A DNA stretch of 64,000 bases from Cyanophyceae cyanobacterium (lineage in GTDB: Bacteria; Cyanobacteriota; Cyanobacteriia; Cyanobacteriales; JBHJGN01), in the NCBI GenBank assembly GCA_050331735.1, contig JBHJGN010000007.1, forward strand, positions 43,526-107,525, written 5' to 3'. The notes under the pieces are model-generated. The model ran no database searches. It had not been told where the DNA came from and saw only the letters and a list, made by a program, of their open reading frames with translations. The translations under genes were made by a program, and so were the position numbers. Positions 52,192 to 59,898 of this stretch are shown here, piece by piece. The number at the start of each line of letters is the position of its first letter. Within the stretch, counting starts at the first letter, position 1.

Positions 52192-52830
52192 ATGAAACAG
52201 CTCGACTCTAACTTGGTGCACAAAAGTGCGATCGCGCTCTCTCTAGCTCTTGGTTTATCCATTGCTCAACCCGTGCTCGCTCACCATCCCTTCGGTGCAG
52301 AAACCCCCAGCAATTTGTTAACAGGGTTTCTGTCGGGGGTAGGTCATCCAGTCATTGGTGTCGATCATCTTGCTTTTGTGATTGCCGTGGGGTTACTCGC
52401 TGCTATTACGAAGAGAGGAATCCTCATCCCCGTTGCCTTTGTGCTAGCAACAATGGCCGGAACAGGTGTTCATCTGCTAAGTATCGACCTCCCGTTTCCA
52501 GAACTAATCATTTCTGCCTCGGTCCTCGTATTTGGAGCTGTCTTAGCCAGTAAAAATCGGCTAAATCTGGGGGTAAACGCGGCTTTAGCCGCCGCTGCTG
52601 GAGTATTTCACGGCCATGCTTACGGCGAGGCAATTTTTGGAGCTGAAATGACCCCGCTAGTAGCCTATTTAGCCGGATTTGCGCTAGTTCAGCTTGCGAT
52701 CGCTCTCACTGCTTTCCAAATTGGTCGAGTTCTGTGGAAGTCTCTTGAGCAGCCTTCATTGGCGATACGCTTTGCCGGATTTACCATTTGTGGAGCAGGG
52801 ATGGCTTTTGTGGCAGCAAGTTTAGGGTAA
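52192..52830 (+). CDS. hupE: HupE/UreJ family Co/Ni transporter
   Basis: Signal peptide then 'AHHP', 'GFLSGVGHPVIGVDHL', 'FHGHAYG'; follows a B12 riboswitch. Confidence 0.9.
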   Translation: MKQLDSNLVHKSAIALSLALGLSIAQPVLAHHPFGAETPSNLLTGFLSGVGHPVIGVDHLAFVIAVGLLAAITKRGILIPVAFVLATMAGTGVHLLSIDLPFPELIISASVLVFGAVLASKNRLNLGVNAALAAAAGVFHGHAYGEAIFGAEMTPLVAYLAGFALVQLAIALTAFQIGRVLWKSLEQPSLAIRFAGFTICGAGMAFVAASLG

Positions 52831-52985
52831 CGGTCCCTCCGAGATGGGAAAAGGGAAAATTGTCGCGTTCGCGACGGGGAAGAGGGAAAACTGTCCGGTG
52901 CGGGATGGGGAAAGAACGCAGATCTAAGGAAAAAGCTGATTCATCCCTTGCCCCTTGACCTTTTCCCGCGCCTGCGGCGCTTTCG

Positions 52986-54038
52986 TTATGCTGCATCTGC
53001 TTTGGGGGGCTTTAGTGCGATCGCTTCTTTGATATCTTTGACTAATTCATCAATTCTGGCTTTTGTGGTATTCCAGGTACAGACGAAGCGAACGCCGCTG
53101 CCGATGGAGGTGTAAAATTGCCAGTGCTTTTGACGTAACTCCGCAATGACAGCACTGGGTAGCTTGATAAAAACGGTATTGGCTTGCCGGGGAAACGAGG
53201 TTTGGATGCCGACGTGGGTAAGCTGATGTTCCAGATAGGCAGCACAGTCATTGGCATGTTGAGCATTTCTGAACCAGGCTCCGGTTTCGAGGAGTCCGAG
53301 CCAAGGAGCGGAAATAAACCGCATCTTGGAAGCAAGCTGTCCGGCTTGTTTGCAGCGATAGGCAAAATCTTCTGCCAATGACCTGTCGAAGAAAATAATG
53401 GCTTCTCCCGCTGCCATTCCGTTCTTTGTCCCGCAGAAGCACAGCACATCCACTCCGCTTTTCCAGGTGAGTTCTGCCGGACTCCTATTCATCGCTGCGA
53501 CAGCATTGGCAAAGCGAGCGCCATCCATGTGAATTTTCAAGCTGTACTTTTTAGCAACGTGGGCGATCGCTAACAGTTCCTCAACCGAGTACAGCGTTCC
53601 CAGTTCGGTTGCCTGCGTGATGCTAATCACTTTCGGTTTGGGATAGTGAATATCGCTGCGTTTACTGACAACCTGCTCAACCGCTTCTGGAGTGAGTTTA
53701 CCGTTTTCTCCATGAGCCAGGAGCAACTTAGAACCGTTAGAAAAAAATTCAGGCGCACCGCATTCGTCCGTCTCCACATGGGCAAGTTCGTGACAGATGA
53801 CGCTATGGTACGATTGGCACAGCGCCGCTAGCGAGAGAGAATTAGCCGCCGTTCCGTTGAAACAGAAGAACACTTCACAATCGATGTCAAAAAGCTGCCT
53901 AAACGCATCAGCGGCTTTTTGCGTCCACTCGTCGTCTCCATAGGCAGGAGCACTGCCTTGATTGGCTTCAATCATGTACTCCAGCGCTTCCGGGCAGATG
54001 CCAGAGCTATTGTCGCTGAACAATTGTTCAAGATTCAT
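52986..54038 (-). CDS. Low-specificity L-threonine aldolase
   Basis: 'SDN', 'YGDD', 'NGTAAN', 'DECGAPEF', 'HMDGARFAN', PLP lysine in 'GTKNG', 'QLASKMRF'. Confidence 0.9.
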   Translation of the reverse strand: MNLEQLFSDNSSGICPEALEYMIEANQGSAPAYGDDEWTQKAADAFRQLFDIDCEVFFCFNGTAANSLSLAALCQSYHSVICHELAHVETDECGAPEFFSNGSKLLLAHGENGKLTPEAVEQVVSKRSDIHYPKPKVISITQATELGTLYSVEELLAIAHVAKKYSLKIHMDGARFANAVAAMNRSPAELTWKSGVDVLCFCGTKNGMAAGEAIIFFDRSLAEDFAYRCKQAGQLASKMRFISAPWLGLLETGAWFRNAQHANDCAAYLEHQLTHVGIQTSFPRQANTVFIKLPSAVIAELRQKHWQFYTSIGSGVRFVCTWNTTKARIDELVKDIKEAIALKPPKADAA

Positions 54039-54269
54039 CGGCTTGTGCATGACTTGTGGGGGCCAATTTAACACAACGATTAGATAGAAGCAAAGAAACC
54101 CGACAAAATTAATCGGATATGATTCGGCGAGCAGGTAACGAGGACAAAACCCAATCGTTGTTGCTGTTACTGAAGAACAATCAAATCAAAGTATTATCGA
54201 TAGTTGAGCCTGCAACGCATTCGCCACTGAGGAGGAAAGGGATTAAGAACACCAGCTATTGCCCCTAAA

Positions 54270-54344
54270 TCATTGAATCCGCCAAAACACCCCCATCGCT
54301 CTCTCTAACGCCATTTCTGATTCAAATTCTTTGTTGCGCGGCAT
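54270..54344 (-). pseudogene. N-terminal fragment of a TetR/AcrR-family regulator
   Basis: Manual translation MPRNKEFESEMALERAMGVFWRIQ* matches the 'MPR.KEFD...AL..AM.VFW..GY' start of TetR HTH proteins. Confidence 0.65.
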
Positions 54345-54366
54345 CCATGCCTTAGTCCATTGACGG

Positions 54367-54386
54367 ATCAGAATGATTATTCTGAT
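54367..54386. promoter_or_regulatory. Palindromic operator-like site
   Basis: ATCAGAAT-gatt-ATTCTGAT, 22 bp upstream of the TetR fragment start. Confidence 0.55.
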
Positions 54387-54456
54387 ATTAGCACTCGCCT
54401 CAGAAGATGTTAAAGCCAAAGCAACAGTGCTACAGAGTGGCGATGACAAATGCTAT

Positions 54457-54488
54457 AGTCGGCGCAGGCGGACTTAGCGTAGCCGCGA
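54457..54488. repeat. Solo degenerate copy of the REP-like repeat that flanks tnpA
   Basis: AGTCGGCGCAGGCGGACTT..TAGCCGCGA compared with AGTCCGCGAAGGCGGACTT..TAGCCGCGA (reverse complement of the left repeat). Confidence 0.7.
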
Positions 54489-54496
54489 GAAGATGT

Positions 54497-55072
54497 ATGA
54501 CCCGAGAGAGTAAAACTAAATTGCGCCAAGAGCTAATCAAACAGCGTCTTTCGCTTAGCCAAGCAGAGTGGCGAGAAAAAAGCGATCGCATCTGCTATCA
54601 TCTTCAGACTTTACCGCTGTTTCAACAAGCCCAGACCATCCTTGCCTACTTTAGTTTTCGTCAAGAACCAGATCTGAGTTCTCTATTTACTCATAAACAC
54701 CGATGGGGGTTTCCGCGCTGCGTCGGTAAGTCTCTCCTGTGGCACGAATGGACGGTGAAAGATCCGCTTCAGATTGGAGAGTATGGCATTCAAGAACCGC
54801 ATCCAAAATTGCCCTCTCTTAATCTAACTAAGGTAGACTTAATTCTGGTGCCTGCTGTTGCTTGTGACTACAGAGGCTATCGATTAGGCTACGGTGGTGG
54901 GTTTTATGACAGACTGCTCAGTTCCTCTAAGTTAAGAGCAGCTACTATTGGCATTACTTTTGATTTTGCTTATCTACCTCAGCTCCCTACAGAACCTTGG
55001 GATCAAAAGCTCCATCAGGTTTGTACTGAAAATGGAATTGCTAAACGTAATTACAAAACAATACAACCTTAA
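54497..55072 (+). CDS. 5-formyltetrahydrofolate cyclo-ligase
   Basis: 'KTKLRQ', 'EPD', 'YGIQEP', 'DLILVPAVACD..GYRLGYGGGFYDR', 'EPWDQ'. Confidence 0.93.
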   Translation: MTRESKTKLRQELIKQRLSLSQAEWREKSDRICYHLQTLPLFQQAQTILAYFSFRQEPDLSSLFTHKHRWGFPRCVGKSLLWHEWTVKDPLQIGEYGIQEPHPKLPSLNLTKVDLILVPAVACDYRGYRLGYGGGFYDRLLSSSKLRAATIGITFDFAYLPQLPTEPWDQKLHQVCTENGIAKRNYKTIQP

Positions 55073-55967
55073 ACTGGAAAAAGTCGAGCTTCTGCAAGAT
55101 ACCGACGATTTAGTATACAAAATTACGGACAGCTACCAACAGTATTATTCTGCCAAAATTCAGCGCAAGCAGTTAAACAGAACCAACGATAAACTCTTAG
55201 ATCTCTGCAATTGGCTTAGTTTTTTGTCTAAGGCTGTCTCCTTTAAGTTTCCTATTCCTCTGCGTAATGTCGATCGTAGCTATCAGTCGCAGATCCAAAA
55301 TGAAAACGGCACTAGACATAATTTTGTCGTTTATCGCTGGGTGGATGGAGAACCGATCAGTAAACAAATGAATAAACAAAATAATCAGAGAATCGGTGCC
55401 CTGATGGCAGAATTACATCACGCTTCATCTCGATATCATAGAAAAGCTCCAGCATTAGCGCGGTACGATGAAAAATGGCTGCGCTCCTGCTTAAGTATTA
55501 TCTTAAACGGAGCTAAGAGTGTCGGTTACACCACGCAACAACTAAACAAGGTAAAACATGGATTAAGGGCTATAGAAGAATACTTGGCGAGCGTCGGTAA
55601 CGAAACGAGTAACTTTGGGATTATTCACTCCGATTTACATTTCAATAATATTTTGATTGATTCAGCGGGCAGTTTAGCTGTCATTGACTTTGATGAAGCA
55701 GGTTTCGGTCATTATTGGTTAGATATCGCTGTCACCCTTGACGAGTTCCACGACTACAGTGAAGCCGACACTATGATTGAGCAATTCATCGATGGATACA
55801 GAACGGTGCGGGATATCGAATTTGATTCAACAACCATCAAACTCTTTCGCGGACTATCGGCAACCCTCTATGCTTCTTGGGTATTTTCTCCTGAGAATGA
55901 GTGGGTAATAGCGACTAAACTAGATTATGGGAAAGATGCTCTCGAACAGATTCAACAAATTGTTTAA
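55032..55967 (+). CDS. Aminoglycoside phosphotransferase / type II homoserine kinase-like protein
   Basis: 'MAELH', Brenner motif 'IIHSDLHFNNIL', 'VIDFDEAG', 'DIA'; ATG 55032 overlaps the end of the upstream gene. Confidence 0.82.
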   Translation: MELLNVITKQYNLKLEKVELLQDTDDLVYKITDSYQQYYSAKIQRKQLNRTNDKLLDLCNWLSFLSKAVSFKFPIPLRNVDRSYQSQIQNENGTRHNFVVYRWVDGEPISKQMNKQNNQRIGALMAELHHASSRYHRKAPALARYDEKWLRSCLSIILNGAKSVGYTTQQLNKVKHGLRAIEEYLASVGNETSNFGIIHSDLHFNNILIDSAGSLAVIDFDEAGFGHYWLDIAVTLDEFHDYSEADTMIEQFIDGYRTVRDIEFDSTTIKLFRGLSATLYASWVFSPENEWVIATKLDYGKDALEQIQQIV

Positions 55968-56002
55968 GAGTGACTGTCTATCAGAAAGCTTGCGATCTAA
56001 AT

Positions 56003-56326
56003 ATGAATCACCCGCAACGGCTACAGTTTACTTCTGCTCTCAATATTTGTCGCGTCCTTAACGGCCTGTGGCAAGTTTCCGGCGCTCACGGTGGGATTAA
56101 CCCGCGTCAGGCTGTGGAAAGTATGTTTAAGTACGTGGACGCAGGCTTGAAAACCTGGGATTTAGCCGATTATCAGCGCATGGGCGACTGTGGAAACGAA
56201 TATCGGCGTTCGTGTTTACTACCGATTTTAGGGACAAATTTTTTTGCAGGCAGTCAACAAAAACAGGCTTTCCCCTTCCTCCAATGCGCTCAAGTAACTC
56301 CTTTAACTAAAAAGCTGTATGTTTAG
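56003..56326 (+). pseudogene. Aldo/keto reductase remnant with large internal deletion
   Basis: AKR N-terminus 'LNICRVLNGLWQVSGAHG...DAGLKTWDLAD' is joined directly to 'GDCGNEYRR', which I recall as the C-terminal motif of this family. Confidence 0.7.
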
Positions 56327-56765
56327 TCCTAGTAGCCCTCCGCCTCGTAACGCCGAAAACCGGTGGCGTTTTCAGCTCGATCAGTTTGTGCAAAAAAATC
56401 AGCAACCGTTAGCGGCTCTATGTTGGGGTCTTAAGCAGGAGTGGGGCGATAGCAATGTTGTTTTAGGCATTGATTTGCATCCTCACCCTCACTTTGTTGC
56501 CTGCACTCGGGAAGCCATTGAAGAGTTGAACCGCAACGTCAACAATCAACTTCGAGAGATTCTAGGCATTCTCGATGGTCACGATCCTAAAACAGAAGTG
56601 GTCATAATTGGCATCGGAGAGGGACAGGTGAAGCTGATTCATTTTGAACCTAAACTACCACCGTCTGACTGTTTCAAGAATTCAGGCGATATTGATACGC
56701 TCATTACCGAACTCGAACAGCGTTTGAATCAAATGATGGAGGGCGATCGTCTTCTAGAACAGTAA
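56319..56765 (+). CDS. ccmS: Beta-carboxysome assembly chaperone CcmS-like protein
   Basis: 'WRFQLDQFV..NQQ.LAAL.WGL', 'GIDL.P.PHFV.C', 'EVVIIGIGEGQVKLIHFEP..PP..CF'. Confidence 0.7.
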   Translation: MFSPSSPPPRNAENRWRFQLDQFVQKNQQPLAALCWGLKQEWGDSNVVLGIDLHPHPHFVACTREAIEELNRNVNNQLREILGILDGHDPKTEVVIIGIGEGQVKLIHFEPKLPPSDCFKNSGDIDTLITELEQRLNQMMEGDRLLEQ

Positions 56766-56950
56766 GTTTTGATCTACTTCTTGAGGAAAAATTAATAGCC
56801 ATTGACCATCATAACGTCGCTGCATCTCTGTAAAAGAGATTATCTCTGACACTTACACACTTACACACCTCCAATGCATGATCGGGGAACTACTAAATTT
56901 GATGTCTCTGTTAACTCTGGATCTAGTTTCATGGATGAGATGCGTATACG

Positions 56951-57074
56951 GCGATCGCCGTCGTCAAGCGATGCAACAATAAAGGAACACGTAGAATGGC
57001 AGGGGAAACAGTCGAAGCTTAATTTTTTGGTAGTGCAAAACGTTGGTTTTTCTTGCAATATGAGTAATCGCTCC
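56951..57074. repeat. HIP1-anchored direct repeat, copy R1
   Basis: GCGATCGCCGTCGTCAA ... AGGGGAAACA (57001) ... TGGTTTTTCTT (57044) ... GTAATCGC (57064). Confidence 0.8.
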
Positions 57075-57090
57075 CTTTCCTTAAGCCTGA

Positions 57091-57291
57091 TTATTCGCTT
57101 TGATTAGCTTGATTCATTCTTTTTTGGATGGTTTGCTCGGCTTCTTCTATTGATAAATCAGCCGGAAAATAGATAGCGTTGGGACGAGGGCGAGACAGGA
57201 GTTCTTGCAAAGCCTGTGCGTCTCCTCGATGAGCGAGAACGTATTCTTTCAGTTCAGCTCGACTCATTTCTTGATAATTAGGTTGGCTCAT
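57091..57291 (-). CDS. DUF6887-like small protein (putative antitoxin)
   Basis: 'PNYQEMSRAELKEYVLAHR.D..A'; start overlaps the stop of the upstream 61-aa gene (ATGA). Confidence 0.7.
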   Translation of the reverse strand: MSQPNYQEMSRAELKEYVLAHRGDAQALQELLSRPRPNAIYFPADLSIEEAEQTIQKRMNQANQSE

Positions 57292-57473
57292 TCAAAAATA
57301 AACTCCCAATCTCCGTTTTCATAAACGATTAATTCTATACTTTCTGTAGTACCAGCAATGACATAAATTTGTTTGAGTATTGGATTATAACGAAACAACT
57401 CAATCGGTTGGTAGCCATTAGAGAGATATTGGCAGAGAATAACTGCTTTAATTGCTTGTGCTGTTGTTGGCAA
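57288..57473 (-). CDS. DUF6888-like small protein (putative toxin partner)
   Basis: 'MPT..Q.....LCQYLSN.YQPI.LFRY.....IYVIAG....IE.IV..NG.WEF'; translationally coupled two-gene unit. Confidence 0.68.
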   Translation of the reverse strand: MPTTAQAIKAVILCQYLSNGYQPIELFRYNPILKQIYVIAGTTESIELIVYENGDWEFIFE

Positions 57474-57591
57474 AACAATGATACTTTCGATTGTAAAGCT
57501 TCACTATTTTAAAGTACTATCGTTCTCCTGTCGCTGCTTGTTTCCTGAAAATTTGCTTGAATCGATGAAGCACTTTCTCTGTAAGTATACC

Positions 57592-57827
57592 GCGATCGCC
57601 CTCGTCAAATTCACCAGTTGAGCGGTACAGGGAATAGCAGGGGAAACACTTAAAGGGTAATTCAGTGAAGCAACTTGGTCTTTCTTCAAATATTGGCGAT
57701 CGCTTCCTCTCTACAACTAAACTGCGATCGCCTATCGAGCATAGTAGTTAGCGTCGGTTCCCAGTCTTGTCTTAAATAAGAGCGATCGCCCTTTTCCCTT
57801 GCAAAAGAATTGGCAGTATTTAGAGTG
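57592..57827. repeat. HIP1-anchored direct repeat, copy R2
   Basis: GCGATCGCCCTCGTCAA ... AGGGGAAACA (57639) ... TGGTCTTTCTT (57676) ... CTCTACAACTAAACTGCGATCGCC (57709) ... AGTAGTTAGCGTC (57743) ... TATTTAGAGTG (57817). Confidence 0.85.
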
Positions 57828-57832
57828 ACAAT

Positions 57833-58072
57833 TTAAAAGTGCAGTACGTAGGTAGAGATAGCGTTGGCAACTAGCGCGAGGGCAATAGTAATGACGGCTC
57901 CACCAATCCACTTGAGCCAGCCGAGGAGAGATTTAATTTCGCTAACGTCTTCGACAAGCCGATTCACCGTCGTTTTGAGTTCAGATACGTCCTTTTCTAT
58001 AACGGCAATTCTTTCACCATTACTGGTGAGCTTATCTAATACGGCTCCTTCCCATCTCGTTTCTGTTGCCAT
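57833..58072 (-). CDS. Small coiled-coil protein with C-terminal TM helix (XhlA-like architecture)
   Basis: Heptad repeats 'IAVIEKDVSELKTTVNRLVEDVSEIK', then 'WIGGAVITIALALVA'; TATAAT on the coding strand about 40 bp upstream. Confidence 0.65.
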   Translation of the reverse strand: MATETRWEGAVLDKLTSNGERIAVIEKDVSELKTTVNRLVEDVSEIKSLLGWLKWIGGAVITIALALVANAISTYVLHF

Positions 58073-58140
58073 AATTTGTCTCGTTTCAAGCTAGCGCTGT
58101 TCTACTGCAATTATAAGCGATCGCCTTCTCTTTCTAATCA

Positions 58141-58359
58141 GCGATCACCGTCGTCAAGCTAGTCAGCAGCTAAGTAGCATATAGAGTTGTAGGGGAAACA
58201 GTCAAAGGGCATTTTGATGGCTCAAAACGGTGGTCTTTCTTCAGATGTGAGTGATCGCTCCTCCTCTACAACTAAACTGCGATCGCCCTTTAGCACAGTA
58301 GTTAGCGTCAGGTCCTCATCTTTTCCGAAAACAGAAGCGATCGCCATATATTTAGAGTG
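58141..58359. repeat. HIP1-anchored direct repeat, copy R3
   Basis: GCGATCACCGTCGTCAA ... AGGGGAAACA (58191) ... TGGTCTTTCTT (58231) ... CTCTACAACTAAACTGCGATCGCC (58264) ... AGTAGTTAGCGTC (58297) ... TATTTAGAGTG (58349). Confidence 0.85.
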
Positions 58360-58629
58360 CAATAATTGAGCGGTGTATGCAATTGCTACAAAGACAGAAA
58401 AAGCTCAATTCTCAGTAGTCTGTTTTGCAGGTTATTAAAGGAAGCATAGATAGCTCTCTTCTGGTTATGCAATCCACTCTTGAGTAAGAATGCTTACAAC
58501 GTGCCGCTTTGCTTATATATGCGTTACTCAGAATCAGTAAATGAGCGAACATTTGAGGCTCTTTTCGCTGAGAACAGAAGATTGAGGAAAATTATTGGGC
58601 TGGGAGAGTGATAAAAAATAAATCGTTAT

Positions 58630-58635
58630 GGGTAC
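58630..58635 (+). promoter_or_regulatory. Possible SigF-type promoter element (GGGTA)
   Basis: GGGTAC about 50 bp upstream of the pilin ATG; cyanobacterial pilA1 promoters are SigF-dependent with a GGGT(A) core. Confidence 0.35.
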
Positions 58636-58685
58636 TTTATGTCTAGGAAACAAACACACCCTCTCTCCCATAAAGGAAATATATC

Positions 58686-59207
58686 ATGAATACACAATTT
58701 CGCACAAAACTTCTGCAAAATCTGCTTAAGAAGCAAAAAGACCAGGGTTTTACACTAATTGAACTACTTGTTGTTGTCATCATTGTTGGTATATTGGCTG
58801 CTGTTGCGTTACCAAACCTGCTAGGGCAGGTTGGTAAAGCGAGAGAAACCGAAGGAAAAAACGGCGTTGGTACAATGAACCGGGCGCAGCAGGCTTACCA
58901 TTTTGAAAAGCAAACATTTGCTCCTGCTAGCGTTAATCCAGAGTCTCCAAATAATGCTCTAGGCGTACTACTTGACAGTGAATACTACTCTTTTTCAATA
59001 AATTCTGGTGATGCGACTGACTCTATACAAGAAGCAGCTCCCCAAAATGCTGTTAACGATGGTGTAAGAGACTTTGCTGGTGCTGTTGCCTACAATAGTG
59101 GACAGTACGATAGTTCAATTTGCCAATCGGAAGACATAGGCGGAACTGCTACTGCTACTTCTAATAGTGGTGCTGCTGGCTGTAGTGCTAGTACAGAACT
59201 TAATTAA
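58686..59207 (+). CDS. pilA: Type IV major pilin (PilA1-like)
   Basis: Prepilin cleavage site 'QG|FTLIELLVVVIIVGILAAVALP', 'GKARETE', 'RAQQAY', C-terminal Cys pair; AAGGA RBS. Confidence 0.9.
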   Translation: MNTQFRTKLLQNLLKKQKDQGFTLIELLVVVIIVGILAAVALPNLLGQVGKARETEGKNGVGTMNRAQQAYHFEKQTFAPASVNPESPNNALGVLLDSEYYSFSINSGDATDSIQEAAPQNAVNDGVRDFAGAVAYNSGQYDSSICQSEDIGGTATATSNSGAAGCSASTELN

Positions 59208-59340
59208 AAGTCAAGTTTGTTTGTCGCCGAGGTATAAATGTGAACGCCAGGCATAAATTTGCCTGGTATTTTCAGAAATTTGATAGCATTTAGAAAATTT
59301 ACATGATAAAAACATGAAACTATAATTACTTGACGCAACA

Positions 59341-59898
59341 ATGTTTAAATTAATAAGTAGATATTTATTTTTGCCGATATATTATATTTCCAGAAGAATA
59401 AATAGAATATTTAAAAAGAATGAACAGCTCAAAATATGCAACAAAAATGGCTTCACACTAATTGAACTATTAATAGTTACTATTATTGTTGGTATACTAG
59501 CAGCAATCAGTCTTCCTAATTTTCTTAGTCAAGTAGGTAAGGCAAGAGAAACTGAAGCAAAAAATAGTCTTTCTGCATTAGCTCGTTTTCAGCAAGCATA
59601 TCACTTCGAAAAAAAAAGTTTTGCCGATGACTTTGATAAACTTAGCCTTAATGTCAGTGTAAACTCAGAATACTATAGCTTTCCACCCCCAAACTTACCA
59701 AACGTGAATTTGGTGAAACATCAAGCTATTGCTACCGATCCCTTAACCGATCGAGTCAGAAATTATGCTATAGGAGTGTATTTTTCTGCTGGCAATTTCG
59801 ATATATTCTTCTGCGAAAGCAGAGATATTGATGAGTTAATAAATGTTCCTGATAATCCAAGCGGCAATTGTACAAATGGCGGCAAAAAAATTAGATAA
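59341..59898 (+). CDS. Second type IV pilin-like protein (PilA2-like)
   Basis: 'NG|FTLIELLIVTIIVGILAAISLP', 'GKARETE', 'QQAYHFEK', C-terminal Cys pair. Confidence 0.88.
   Translation: MFKLISRYLFLPIYYISRRINRIFKKNEQLKICNKNGFTLIELLIVTIIVGILAAISLPNFLSQVGKARETEAKNSLSALARFQQAYHFEKKSFADDFDKLSLNVSVNSEYYSFPPPNLPNVNLVKHQAIATDPLTDRVRNYAIGVYFSAGNFDIFFCESRDIDELINVPDNPSGNCTNGGKKIR

Noticed and set aside
54080..54200. DUF2892-like fragment ('TTIGFCPRYLL') on the minus strand
   Set aside because: Only a short motif with no supporting start or intact frame.
54075..54496. 6S RNA upstream of the 5-formyl-THF cyclo-ligase
   Set aside because: That linkage is known in proteobacteria, but I see no long 6S-like rod here; the space is partly explained by the TetR stub, palindrome and REP copy.
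56861..57689. ORFs 56861-57058 (-), 56874-57107 (+) and 57504-57689 (-) as real genes
   Set aside because: They run through the repeat blocks, and equivalent frames in other copies contain stops.
56951..58359. CRISPR array or canonical integron attC array
   Set aside because: Repeats are long and degenerate and separated by whole genes, so not CRISPR. The AAC...GTT imperfect hairpin in R2/R3 is only about 45 bp, lacks complementary RYYYAAC/GTTRRRY ends, and no tyrosine integrase is in the window.
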